Below, one piece after another: positions 23,491 to 36,870 of a DNA stretch of 64,000 nucleotides. Position 1 is the stretch's first letter, and the number at the start of each line of letters is the position of its first letter. The DNA lies in NCBI GenBank assembly GCA_964252035.1, contig OZ176204.1. One strand, given 5' to 3'. The DNA is from Podarcis erhardii (taxonomy: Eukaryota). Position numbers and translations under genes: made by a program. The notes beneath the pieces are model-generated. The model worked only from the letters and a program-made list of their open reading frames with translations. It was not told the origin of the DNA and did not search any database.

Positions 23491-24318
23491 CTGAGAAAAG
23501 GAAAAATGTAAAATTATTTGCCCCGAGCAGATGTTTTTTGTTGGTTTTTTAAGTAATGATATATCAACAATGTACCTCAAAAGCTACTAGCAAAGGTGTT
23601 TTGAGTGCTTTAAAACAAAACACTAGCAAAATTCGTAAATAGCTGCTATTCATTCCTTGGGGACAATACTGAACTATAGGCAAAACCTGACTACGGCCCC
23701 CTCACACAGGGTCACTAGGGTGCTTACGACAGATATGAAATATCATACATCCTCCTTCTCCTAAAGGTGACTCCAGGGTTAGAAGGAAGAGGCAACAGGT
23801 TCAGGTTTGGGGAAAGAAAACAACAACACAGTACTGCCCCTCGCTTCTCAAGAGTAAAGGCTTCAATGGTCGGTAGGATGGTAGGGTGTTGTAATATTGA
23901 AGAAAATGACTGATATTCTTCATCCCATACCTCCATCAAACTTGATAAGCCTATAACTAGTATGTAAAAACAACAACTTAAACAAACAATGCCAACTCTT
24001 CTCACACCCTTTTCTTTGTGGGGGGATATAGTCATATGACAGATATACCTCCATGACAGGATGAAGAAATACTGCTACTTAACATAGGCTAAAGATGAAC
24101 AGGTTATTTTATATGCCCACTCGCTACAGTATAGATTGAGCAGTGCGGTGTGTTAAGACAACATATTGTGGAAAGGTCATGCATCATTCCAGGCAGCTGG
24201 AGGGATCAAAAGCATCACTATTGCAGAAGAGCCCAGCCTTGTGCTACAGCTGATGAAAGAGCGGCGTACTTACTCTCCCATGACACAGGAGGAGGAGGAG
24301 GAAGAGCCCAGTGATTAC

Positions 24319-24508
24319 CTGATGGCCTATGTGTCTTGCCCACCATGCTAGGCACTGGTGCATCATGGGAGAGGTGCTGCAGTTGGGTTGAATAGTGCTG
24401 GGGATCAAAGGGTAACACAGGAGGAGAATCGTGAGGGAAAGTGAGGGAAGTGGTGCTGGAGGAACGGTGTCTGGCTTCCACTGGCATTTTCCTCTCATTG
24501 GACACTTC
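24319..24508 (-). CDS. USP54: USP54 exon 19/20 (EVSNERKMPVEARHRSSSTTSL...MVGKTHRPS)
   Basis: 190 nt, gtcaaaag/GTAATC. A second in-frame donor lies at 24274 (see findings). Confidence 0.88.
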
Positions 24509-25543
24509 CTTTTGACAAAAGGGAAAAAGGGAAATAGAATTGAAAATGATGATTAAACACAGAACCGGGGGGAAAACCAGGCAAGTAAAGAACTGGGATA
24601 ACAGGTGGGGGAGAGTGCAGGGACAACTGAGTGATATGGTCACTCCCCAAAGGGCATGCAACTGCTTGTGAAGAGGAATAGAAAAGTTGTAGGTGTGGCC
24701 ATCACAGTTCTCAGAACTTGTAAAAAAGAATTGCCAAGATTTATTTATTTTTTAAAAAACCCTTGTTTATTGTACTTATTTTATTATTATTAATATTGCA
24801 AAATCTAGTGCAACGTAATTTGAAGACATAGACATGAATAAAATTACTAAGGTCAACTTTTAAAATAAATAAAGAACCATGGTCTTCATCAAAAACAACA
24901 CATGTCATCATTGTAAATTACAGTAAGTGGATTAGAGACAGAGCATAAATAAAGATGCCCATGGTCAAGGATGGAAGCTGTGCTACAGCAACATCTAGAG
25001 GGCACAATACTGGCTGTCCTTGGACATAACCCGTAATATCTCCAGCATGTTAAGTATGTGGACAGCACAAACCACACTCAAAGTAAGCTGAGGGTCAGGA
25101 TAACATGAAGCATTAACAGGGACGTTCAGTTTTTTTGGTTTTTTCCCAGGTTGCGATGCATCAAGATCTCTGGCATATGCAATGCATAGATACCAGGTAA
25201 GTAAGGCCAGGTTTAGTTCTATTCATAATCTGAATTTGGTGTGTCTGCTTTTCAGCAATCCCACACTGTGCAAAACCATCAAAGAGCAGCAAGAGGATGG
25301 AAGGAATTCTGCATCGTAATCAACTCTCATTTTGAAGCCAGCTGTCAGTAAGAAAAAAAAGGGCAGGTCGTGACTTGGAGATCTCACGCCCCCTTTTCAA
25401 ATATCCAACCAGAAATTTTATAAGCAGTTCTCAGTTTAGGTACCCTCATGACCACTGAAGTTCCCCTTCCAACTCACAACCTATCTGTAACCTGCCTTCA
25501 TCCCAATCTCAGGTGCAACAAACATCTGAGTGTTAACAACATG

Positions 25544-26387
25544 TTGGAGGATGGATGGCAGTTAACAGATTGAGGTTGAATCCTGACAAGACAGAAGTAT
25601 TGTTCTTGGGGGACAGGAGGCAGGCGGGTGTGGAGGACTCCCTGGTCCTGAATGGGGCAGCTGTGGCCCTGAAGGACTAGGTCCACAGCCTGGGAGCCAT
25701 TTTGGACTCACAGCTGTCCATGGAGGCACAGGTCAATTCTGTGTCCAGGGCAGCTGTCTACCAGTTCCATCTGGCATGCAGGCTGAGACCCTACTTGCCC
25801 GTGGACTGTCTCGTCAGAGTGGTGCACGCTCTAGTTATCTCCCGCTTGGACTACTGCAATGTGCTCTACATGGGGCTACCTTTGAAGGTGACTTGGAAAC
25901 TGCAATTAATCCAGAATGCAGTAGCCAGTCTGATGACTGGGAGTGGCCGCCGAGACCATATAACATCGGTCCTGAGAGACCTACATTGGCTCCCAGTACG
26001 TTTTCGAGCACAATTCAAAGTGTTGGTGCTGACCTTTAAAGCCCTAAAGGGCCTCAGTCCTGTATACCTGAAGGAGCGTCTCCACCCCCACTGTTCAGCC
26101 CGGACACTGAGGTCCAGCACCAAGGGCCGTTGGTGGTTCCCTCACTGCGAGAAGTGAGGTTACAGGGAACTAGGCAGAGGGCCTTTGCGGTAGTGGTGCC
26201 TGCCCTGTGGAATGCCAAGCAAATAAGCAACTATCTTACTTTAAAAGACATCTGAAGGCAGCCCTATTTAGGGAAGTTTTTAATATTTAATGCTGTCTTG
26301 TGTTTTTAATATTCGGTTGGGAGCCACCCAGAGTGGCTGGGGAAACCCAGCCAGATAGGCGGGGTATAAATAATAAATAATAATAAT
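25544..26387 (+). mobile_element. L2 LINE 3' fragment (ORF2 C-terminus + tail)
   Basis: ORF 25702-26157 contains HALVISRLDYCNVLYMGLP...DHITSVLRDLHWLPV; (AAT)n tail. Confidence 0.88.
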
Positions 26388-28089
26388 TCCCATGTCTACA
26401 CTTTCCAGTGATTTCCTGAAGGTTTCAGAAACCAAGGATCTACTTGTGGGCTCAGTGAATTTGCTCACTGCTGCCTGTTGCTCAGCTCCACAGTTCCCTT
26501 CGATAATCAGACACATACCATTCCCATCAACCCACATGTTCATAGATGAGAAAGTCAAGGTACAGACAAACAGACTGGTTATTTCACCAACCAATGGGTG
26601 ACTATGACCAGAAATGCTTGAAGAATCACTTTTTTGTTGCTGATTTCTTTTTAAAAAAACAACCTGCAAAATTTTATTGAAATGCCAGATATATACAGCA
26701 TCGGGAAATAAGTATCAATAAAAATGCTTCATATACTATTAACTTAATAAAATAGAGTTTCTGTACACCAACATTACTTGGCAAACATTGTATACACCAA
26801 TAGCAAACTCAATTTTCAGAGTGCCAACCCTTAGGTAGTAAAAACAGTACCATTCACAAACAGAAGGAAGTTATTAGTAACCTTTAGGAACATCAAGGTT
26901 TGAAAAAGTATTAAATAAAACTTGTGGATCAAAACCCTAAGGAGACCAATAAAAACCCTCAACAGTCCAATGAGGTTCGAGCTTATTGAGTGGACAAGGA
27001 ATCCTGGGGCAGGAATGGATAAGGAGGCGGAGGAAATGGAATGGAATTATCTTGACGGAAGACATGACCAACACTGAACAGGAGCACTCTGAACTGCAAC
27101 ATTTTGTTGCAAGTCCCACTTGTCACTGCATAACAGAGTAAAGAAGTTGAGACCAACTAATTAAGTCTTTCCAGAAGGTTGTCTGCATCATTCCAGGGCA
27201 AAGAGCATCAGCACCAACATAAGCAATAAAAGGATACCCCCCAAAATAGCAACTGGTTTCATTAATCCTTTAGACAAACTGATTTTATGTGCAAGATTTT
27301 CAGTGGGTGCTGGGTTCAATACTGGCAGCATGGATGGAGTGTATATGCTCTAAGCAGTCATAGTCCCAAGCCTGAATGTGATTATTATATCTGAAGCAAT
27401 TGTCCTACTGGAGAACAGGACAAGGAGAGGTGAGAATGAGGTGAATCATGCCTGGTTGAGCTAGAAGGAGAGTGATTCAGGCACAGAGAATGAATCCAAA
27501 ATTGTTTCATTGATGTTTCATTGATCTCACCTTCTGAGCCAAGGACATGAATATCAGGAGAGCACAACAACATTTGCTGGAGTTTGTCCTAATATCGGCT
27601 GAAGTAACAATTCAGGGCAAGACCAAATGCATTCATACTTAACATGCAATCAACGGCTTTAGCTACAAAACAGCAGTGGCAGATAAAACTTTTAAAAGGA
27701 GAAGGCAAGAAATGGGAGCAGCCTTTTCTCTCCCTTTGCTCTGTTTTACTCCCTCACATTCTACTGCTTTAAGCCTGGTATTGCAACTGGGCTGGGGAGC
27801 AGGGGCGAAAGTCTTAAAGCATCAAAACACAGGGACATAAGATGTCCCACTCCTTTTAATACTAAAAGGTAACCCACCACAAGCAGTTTATTGCCAAACT
27901 AGTGGGCAGTTGTTAATAAATAGACATGTGCCTGGTTTGTCTCCCAAAACAGGGAGTTGTGGCAATCTGGACAGGAGCAAAGACTGGAGATATTAAACCA
28001 AATGGGTGTGTGGGTGGGTGTTCAGCACTGCTAGAGAAGTTTAGCCTGGGTCTCTGTTCTCTTCCTTTTTGCTATCAGTCTTTATAAGC

Positions 28090-28254
28090 CCCTCTCTTCT
28101 CAGGTGGCAAGCAACTGCAACAAAACAATCTCATATTCAAGAAGAGTAAAAGAATTGACAATAAAAAGTATAATACAGCATAAAACCAAATACACCTTGA
28201 AGCTAAAATAGATTAAAAGGATCTGGGGAAATAAAAAGCATCAATGAAAATGTC

Positions 28255-28297
<43 letters not shown>

Positions 28298-28765
28298 TAA
28301 AATATTGGGAAGGCATTGCACAGCTAAGGTGCCACCGCACAAAAAATCCTGTCTCTCGTAGCTGCCTGCCACACCTCATTTGGCAACAGCAGCACCCTGA
28401 GAATGGCCTCCGAAGATGTCCCTGTGTGGGCAGGTACAGGTAGGAGGAGGGAGTCCATTAGGAACCCTGGTCCCAAGCCATGGTGAAGGACCTTAAAAGA
28501 TCAAAAACCATCACTCCGAATTCAGCTCAGAAACAAAACTGAGAGCCAGTGAATATGTTGAAGCCTATGGGCTCATTTCACCCAGGCCCACTTAATACAC
28601 TCATGGCCATATTCTGAACTAAGTGAAGTTTGTAGACTGTCTTCGGAGGCAGCCCCAGGCACAGAGCATTGCAGTAATCCAAATGGGAAGTCACCAGCAC
28701 ATGAATACTGAAGCAGGATTATTCCTGTCCACGAAGGGCTGCAACTGGTGCTGGAAGTTGGTGAA
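28090..28765 (-). mobile_element. L2 LINE 3' fragment interrupted by (GT)n
   Basis: Reverse-complement similarity to the 25544-26387 element (GCATTGCAGTAATCCAA, CCCTGGTCCCAAGCC). Confidence 0.65.
28257..28292. repeat. (GT)18 microsatellite
   Basis: Read directly. Confidence 0.95.
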
Positions 28766-30518
28766 CGGCACTGCTTCTTCTTCCTTCCTTCCTTCCCCTT
28801 TCCCATAGGATCTCCTGGTGGAAAAGAGTCAGCAGCAGCTTTCTTTTCTCCCCAGCTTGTTTAGAACCTGAGGCCAGTACCAATGTGGAAAAGTTGCTAT
28901 GGCACTGGGATCAGCCGAAAGTATAGGGTGGGGGAGAGCAGGTTTGTGATGAGGGAGAAGGTGGAGCCTGAGGCATCCAAAGCTGAAAGGGTGTGCTCCC
29001 ACAGAATGGCATCGAAAGGAAAAAATACATTGCGGCATGCTTGTTTCAGCCTGTTTTTGACTGCTAGCTAGTGCCATCGTGTGCCCTGCACTGAGGCAGA
29101 ACAGTCACATCTGAGGGGTTCAGGGGTTTGCCACGATCCTTCCAACACTTACTTAAAGAAGGTCATTGCACCCAAAGCACATGATTGTTGGGGAAAGTAC
29201 ACTGAGGGAGGGAGAACAAAAATGCAAAATGAGAATGAGGAAGACTAAAAAAGATGGCTAAAGGAAGAAAAGGTATAGCGGGCTCACTGTGGAAGAAAGC
29301 CACAGAGAAAACTATTGATGTTGATGCTGTCAAGAGAATGGAGCAGGAGGGCTCTTGCTCCACCTATTTGGGCATGTAGCTTCCTCTTGGGAGAAGTGGA
29401 CTCCATGTTTAAAAGCAAAAAGGGGTTGGATTTAGCTTTAGAAAATTCCAGACATCATGCTGCATAAATGCATGATTTATTTGTCCCTGAACAGGGAACA
29501 CAAAGAATAAATGCCTTACACCAGTCTTCCCATTGCATGTGGTTTGAAAATCAAGATCTTCTCTGCCCTTCCCAGATATCCTGATCTTTCTATCAGTCTG
29601 TATCCTCAGGTCTCCAGTTCCAATTCTTCCATCTTCCCTGCAGATTCCTCAGACACAAACTCAGATTTATCCTTCCAAAACATATTCACCATCTCCAGTG
29701 ATTCTAAAACTCAAGGTGGGAGCTGAATACCATATGCCCTCTGAAGAAAGATTTGAGGCATTCCTGCCCCAAAGGAACACTCCTGTAAGGGTCTCTTATA
29801 GAGTCTCTATAAGTGTATTTCATTTCCAAGGACTTGTATTCTGTTTTGGAGATGATGAGGAAGGGAAGCACTATTGGGTGGATTGCTTAAGCAGGCAGGT
29901 TGTACCTGTGAATAAGTCCCACTGATCACCGTGGAATTCCCTTCTGAATACAGGATTGCACTCTGAAGCACTTTATGATTAGTAGAAATGAGTGTATGTT
30001 GCACCAAACACAGCCCTAGAATCTTTGAAATTTGGCCATAGCACCCTACTGACTGCATGGCTGTTCACAATCTTTTAATGCAAAGGCTTTGGATGTGGGG
30101 TTCTGAGGGAAAGTGTTGGAAAAGCAGTTGAAAGGTTTTAGATACAGAGTAGGATGCCCTCAAAAAGGCTTGGACTATAACACTCTCCACCACCTCCAGC
30201 CAGCATGGCCACTAGTCCTGGATGGTAGGGGTTGTAATCCAAAACATCTGCAAGGAACCAGACTGGCTACCCTTGGTTTAGAATATTGGTACTATAAACA
30301 GCAAAACAACCTAAAAGAGAGGTGAAACTTAACTGACCAATGTGCCAATGGCATAAGCAGGAAGGCACTTTCTGTTAAATGAGAAGAGATGTAAGAACGG
30401 CTCATAGAACAAGCTTATTAAAATGTCCCCCCTGTTTAGAACTTGGCAATAAAGCTAAAGAAATTATTTGGGGTGGGGGGGTGACTCAATCACACTCATA
30501 TTTGAATCTTGTACTTAC

Positions 30519-30656
30519 AAAACTGTGGGAAGAAACAAGTGTCTCCTCCTTGCTTGTGAGGACGGTCCCACTGAGACTACGTGCAATGCGGCGGAAATTC
30601 TCTGCACTGTACATTTCCTCTTCTGGCTCTCTGCCGTGGTTTCTTGGGTATGGTAC
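30519..30656 (-). CDS. USP54: USP54 exon 18/20 ([32 protein letters not shown]...VSSHSF)
   Basis: 138 nt, cttcag/GTAAGT; YSAENxRRIxRSLSGTV conserved. Confidence 0.94.
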
Positions 30657-31315
30657 CTGAAGAGATGTTGCCGTTGAAAACGGGCATACAACACTGTTAG
30701 CTAAAGGAGACCACAGCAATATGACACGCAGTTTCAGAAATGGACACTGAAACTACATCGATCATTAACATTTCCATTTCAGAAATGGCAAAAATAAGGA
30801 AGCAAAGCGGGGCATTCTACGAATGGATTTCCACTTGTGCCCCAGGACTTCTTCCCCTAAACATGCTCCATGCCATCCCCAAATCTGCTTCAGAGGGTTG
30901 TTGGAACCCCTAGCACAGTGGGAGGAGAGAGGGAGAATGTTCCATTGCAGAATTGCATTGATGGAACAACTGTCTTAGCACTATGTTAGGTTCCACCCAA
31001 GGCTGCAAAGCAATAGAAATCAGTTTGCATCAGATTTAGAAAATAATGGTATTATGCTGGATGTGGAGAAGCCATCTTAAAATGCAGCAACTATGTTCAG
31101 CATCAGGTTAGCCCAGCTCAAGAACTGTTCCAGCAGAACGTGGAAATTGAACAGTTTGCTCTGTATCGATTTAAGTCCACTGGGAAAGGACTGGCATATG
31201 TGTGCTTGGGTTTAGAACATTATTTCTTTCATCTTATGGTTCAGTAAACCATACTAAAAAGGTATTAGGATCATGACCAGGTAAACTTATTTAGTTGCCC
31301 CTACTTCTAATGTTA

Positions 31316-31667
31316 GGGATGCGGGTGGTGCTGTGGGTTAAACCACAGAGCCCAGGACTTGCTGATCAGAAGGTCAGCGGTTCGAATCCCCGCGACGAGG
31401 TGAGCTCCTGTTGCTCGGTCCCAGCTCCTGCCAACCTAGCAGTTCGAAAACACGTCAAGTGCAAGTAGATAAATAGGTACTGCTCCAGCGGGAAGGTAAA
31501 CGGTGTTTCCGTGTGCTGCTCTGGTTCACCAGAAGTGGCTTAGTCATGCTGGCCACATGACCCGGAAGCCGCACGCCGGCTCCCTCGGCCAATAAAGCGA
31601 GATGAGCGCCGCAACCCCAGAGTCGTCCGCGACTGGACCTAATGGTCAGGGGTCCCTTTACCTTTAC
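31316..31667 (+). mobile_element. Sauria SINE, full length, CpG-rich
   Basis: 11-bp TSD TACTTCTAATG (31302-31312 / 31670-31680); CCTTTAC tail. Confidence 0.93.
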
Positions 31668-31819
31668 ATTACTTCTAATGCTGGATATGATGAAAGGTTT
31701 AATCTAAAACAAGTATTTATAACTGCCCAGCTTCTACCTCTTCATTTCCTCACATCTTTTTAGCATTCCTTTATTTAACACAACCCTCTTTTCAGCACAC
31801 ATGTACAATGTGTTGCTAC

Positions 31820-31938
31820 CTTGGAGACTGGAGATGCAATGGTTCCATAGAGGTTACGTTCGATCTCTGCTGTTGGTGTTTTTGAAAGACCCATGCAAGC
31901 TACACCGCGCATCTTTCTGGTAGGTAAGTTTGCAGATG
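31820..31938 (-). CDS. USP54: USP54 exon 17/20 (ASANLPTRKMRGVACMGLSKTPTAEIERNLYGTIASPVSK)
   Basis: 119 nt, strong pyrimidine tract ccccacag/GTAGCA; GLSKTxTAE motif; phases fit. Confidence 0.88.
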
Positions 31939-32739
31939 CTGTGGGGGAAGGGGAGGGGGAAAAGTAGTGGTAAGCTGAACTTTTAAGTATACATCTGTAA
32001 AACATTCAGGTTTTTCCTGCCAACCATCAGTGACCAGTACAGTAGTATAAACTATGAGAGCTAGCAAAAAGAACAGAGATCTTTATAATCTATCCCATAA
32101 CCTATTATTTTTACAGGACACCATATTTAAGGTTCAGAAACAATTAAGTCACAATTTAAAATTATACAGTTCCATTTCATTTTTATTACACAGATTATCA
32201 GTAGTAAAAAAAATAGCTAAATTACTCATAACTTAGTTTCATATTCGTATACTGTACCTCTCACAGCTATTGCCTTAGTTTTATTCATATTAACCAAGGT
32301 GAAAAACTATGTGTGTGTTTGGCAGAGGAGCTGCACTGTCTGCACCAGTGACTGTTTTTCACTAAGCTGCACAACTGAACTTTGCTTGGAGCACTCAAAG
32401 GCCACTGATGGCAGAACACAGGAAGAATGGTAGGGCATGGCCATTCAACACATGGAATTAAATTTACTCATCCTGTTGCCTCTCAATTACAACCCATGCT
32501 GGCCTAGGAGCATTGAAAGCTCAGCATATACAGGGAGCAAAACCAGGAAAAGTGGAAAGATTGAAGGAAGGATATGGCAGGGGAGGGGAAGACTACCTTA
32601 AGACTACAAATTTATTTCCACAGGGCCTGTAAGACAGAGTTGTTCTGCCTGGCCTTTAGCTTGGAACCAATTTGATTCCCTTACCCTCTTTCTTCTTTCT
32701 TTTTTCTTTTTCCTTTCTCCACCTGTGATGAGGCTGCAT

Positions 32740-32874
32740 TTTAATATTTTAATGTTTCAATGTTTTAATTGTTGTATTTTAATCTTGTTTTTAAGTTGAA
32801 TTCATTCAACTTGTTTTTATTATTGCTTGTTAGCTGCACTGAGCCAAGCCTTGGCTGGGGAGGGTGGGGTATAA

Positions 32875-32926
<52 letters not shown>
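32740..32926 (+). mobile_element. LINE 3' tail with (ATT)17 microsatellite (32875-32925)
   Basis: GTTAGCTGCACTGAGCC...GGCTGGGGAGGGTGGGGTATAAAT(ATT)n. Confidence 0.65.
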
Positions 32927-32927
<1 letters not shown>

Positions 32928-33777
32928 AAGGGCCTTACCCTAACCCCTTCTATTCTACCAGTCCAATTTTGGCTATTACCATCAATTTAGGGAAAAGGCA
33001 GGCATGAACTGCTGAGTAAAAGACTCATCCTACAATGTCAGAATATTGCATAACCGTGGCTTCTTCCTCATGAAATGCACATTTCTATTTTTTAAACTTA
33101 GGAAAAGCCACAGCTTGCTAAAAGTTTGTAAAAAATGCAGTTCCAGATGCCAAGCTAAGAGGGTTATCTTGACTGAAGATAGGTCATGATTAATGAGAAT
33201 TGCTACAAAACTGTTGATTATCGTGTTCATAAAAACTGAATTCTTCTGAGGAATAATAACCCATCAAATCTGAGGTTCTGGCATAGAAGAAAAGTAGGTA
33301 TGACTTGTAGGAAATAGTACAAGAACACTCCAGTTAATGGCAGAGGTTTGAGCTTTTGCATGGAGCTTGATAGACTTGCGCACCGAGGGAAACCTTTACA
33401 AGGAACGTGCACAGATCAAATGAAGAAATTAACTGAACATCAAAGCATATCAGTTCAGAGGAAAATGTTGGCAGCATTTTCCTGGCGATATAGATTTCTC
33501 TGCATAACTTGTGTGCTTTAAGCATTTATTTCATGACATGTTCGTTTTACACATTTGTTTCCAAAAATTTCATATTGTGCCTTTTTGAGCAACAGAAATT
33601 ATACTGCAAACTCCCAATGTTACCAACTGGTGCAATATATGTCAAAACATGCAATGCCACTGGCCTTTAATTTAAATTGAAATGCCTTTTATACACTCCA
33701 AGGCACTGAGTACTTGCAATATTTTGCCAGTCTAGGTCCCCATATATATATATGGCAATTCATAGCATTTACATTAC

Positions 33778-35216
33778 CTGTCTTGCCCAATGGATGCCAG
33801 GGATTGTCCAGCCTTCCCGATACAGACTGGCTTGTCTGAGATGCCTGTAAGCTAGCCTGATACAGTGACTCCAGCTCAGAAATCTCCTGTTCTGTGTCTT
33901 CATTCCACTGTGGGTGCTTCTGTATTGGGTCCTCCCCAAAGGCTACTTGATGAGACACAGGCGACTTGTTCCTAGGCACCGGAAGACAGGTAGCACTCTT
34001 GCAATCCAGCTGAGAACTATAATACCTTTTAACATTGTCTACCCAACAGTCCACAGGCATAGATGTAACCAAGCCAGCAAGATTGCCGTCATTCACCTCT
34101 CTCACTTCTCCCTCGTGGTTGAACTTCCCTGGGGATAAGTCAGGATCTACGGAACATTGTTCCCCTTTGTTACACAGTTCTTCATTGTGTGATCCAGAAC
34201 TCTCAGACATTTTACTGTGAGCACTAAAATAATTTCCAGAACTGAACTTGTCTCTAGAACTCAGGCACGAGTTCAACTTCTCAGCAAGCCATATTCCATT
34301 CTCTTGCCTTCCAACTACTGGCTGCCTATGCCCTAGGAATTGAGGATTGCTGAAGGGCTCCTGTTGTAACATTGGAGCATACTGATCATGACAGACAGAC
34401 ACTTCCCTTTCTTTCTCATGAGTGCCCTCCTTCTGGGGGACACCCTGCAACCGCTGAAATTGCTCTGCAAGGGAGCGAACATGCCCCTTAGCACTGATCA
34501 TCTCAGGTTTCAGAGAACCCCCATTGACAAATTCTTCCTGTGAGTGATGTAAACTCTCATGGCTATTTGCTCTTGGGTACCTATTTGCAGTCGGCAATGG
34601 ATCTGGAGGACAGTGGGGCAAAGGGGAAAGAGAAGTCAGGGTTATGGCGTGATTGGCCCACTGCTGCTCAACAAGAGGCCTCTCTGAAAAACCTGATGGT
34701 TTGAAGCATGGATTATGAATGCTGTTTTTATCAGATGGTGCTTGCGCTGGATGTGAAGAGGGGAAGAGCGTAGGCAAAGATCCAGAGTTTACCATGTTAC
34801 TTTTCAATTTGCAATATGGTGTGAGAGAAGCCACTATGTTATGCACTTCTTCGAGCTTACTGCTACTGCTGCAATCCTTATTGTCTTTTAGACTAGTGGG
34901 AGAGACTCCCTCTAGCACTGGATCATGGCAGATTTCATTCTCCGTTCCAGTGGATCTGTCACCCACCCCATGTCTACTTGGAAAAGAGGGAGCTCGATCA
35001 CTGAAACCAGCAGAAGCAGTTTGAAAGTTCAGAGAAGGCTTGCAAGAGGGGTTGCTTTCAGGAGGAGGTGGGAGAAAGGACTTGGGATAGGATGACTGCA
35101 TTTCATGATGGGAAGCAGGTGGATGGAAGTAAGAACTGGACCCAAGTTCTGCTTCTCTGCTGGGTTCCAGTACAATCTTCTGGCTCAGCAGTACTTGGAG
35201 CGGGCCAGTCTGTTCA
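33778..35216 (-). CDS. USP54: USP54 exon 16/20, large low-complexity exon (SEQTGPLQVLLSQ...KGHVRSLAEQFQR...SELESLYQASLQAS...PLGKT)
   Basis: 1439 nt open frame, gtttcag/GTAATG; motifs match my recollection of human USP54. Confidence 0.95.
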
Positions 35217-36870
35217 CTGAAACACACATAAAATCACAGTCAGTTTTTAGTGCTTCTTAATTGGAAAACAAATCTTAGGAGGAATTTGAAACCCCTTGTG
35301 CTCCACCAACGCCCATTCTAATTCACCTTCAACAAGGCACATTGTTAATTCTTCTAGCATTTTAAAAAAATAATAAATTGGTGGGGTGGGAGAAGAAAGG
35401 CTACTGATTTCAGGATAACATTTAGTCTTCTTACAGGCATGAGTCCCATTGGTACTTATCATCATCACTCCCAAAGCAGTATACATAACAAAGAGCTTTG
35501 GTGTGCATTCTGTCAATATACTCCTAGTTAAAGTGCATGTGAAATGCAGTTGCAGTTTGGAGATATCTAGAGGGAAACCCAAACATGGAGTATGTTTTTT
35601 TAATCTGAGTAGGGCGGAGGAGATCCTCATAAAACCAAGAAGACGCAATTCCTAGCTTATGTGCATCATCTACTGTGTTATGGTAGAACTCTTCTTAGAA
35701 CTTATTTTCTCCACATTTTTTTTAAGTTGAAGTTTTCTAAAAGCAAGTGTAAAAGGAAGTTTGAAGCCATCATGTAGAAGATTCAACCAGTAAGCACTTT
35801 AGATGGAGTTGACTCTTCACCCTGAGAACCAGTGACTATAATAGTGTTACAAGTTGATTTACTCTCCACATTAAAAATTACCTTTGAAGTAATGTTGTTT
35901 TAACATGAGTATTTCTGTAACAGATACATATCTACAAAATATAATACGTAAAAGAATACTTTTTGTGCATATGGTGAGGTCAAATTTTAAAACTGTGATG
36001 GAACTTTATTTTCCAGAGATCTTATTTTCACTCATGTCTGTATAATACACGCCGTAGGGATCTAAATTAGTGTACAGTACACCACAGCACATTGTAATGG
36101 AGGAAATAACCAGAACTCTAGGCTGATAACGTGGCGAAGATATAACCTTTTGATGTCTTCTAAGTTTTTCTCCACAAGTGATTGTCACAACCACAACAGT
36201 CTGAACGAGAGGAAATGGGGCAATATGGTCCGTTCTCAATGTAACATCTCTCCAACGACCACCATAAGGTGGGTAGATTGAGAACTATTAAATCTGAAGC
36301 AAAACTAGCATGGATTTTGGAAGAAATACCTAAGGGCAGAGTCTCTTTTCTCCAGCCCTTTCTGCCTGCCCCCAACCCAAAGAATTTTGGCTTTCAGAAA
36401 GCTGTAACAAGAAGGCTTAGCATAAATCTGCATTATGTTATTCATGCTTTTTAAAAAGCATACTCAAACTGGCCACTTTTATTCTGAAGAAAAAGCAGCT
36501 GTGTGTCCCAGGTCTGAAATGTGTTCTTGGTTTGGATGTGCGGATCATACCAACTTCCTGCCCGCCACTCACTCTCTCACACCCACCCCAATTGCTGTTT
36601 GCCCTTTACTATAAAGCAATTTGGCCATATGATACAGCTATTGTTGAAGCTGAGGAAACTTTGAACATGTGTCTCTTTTCAGATGCATCTCTGAAGTACT
36701 AGAGTAGGGAGGTTCTCATCCCCCTTGATATTAAGAGAGTTTTCCTGCTACCAAGTCCCCAAATTTCAGAACACAGGAAGCAACCCTCCAATGCATGGAA
36801 AAAGAAACGGTATGCTCCTAAACTGAGCAGAAGTCAGGATACTTCCAAAGATTGACTGACTATCTATCTA

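Noticed and set aside
25702-26157. 151-aa ORF as a host gene
   Set aside because: It is L2 ORF2 C-terminal sequence, 5'-truncated.
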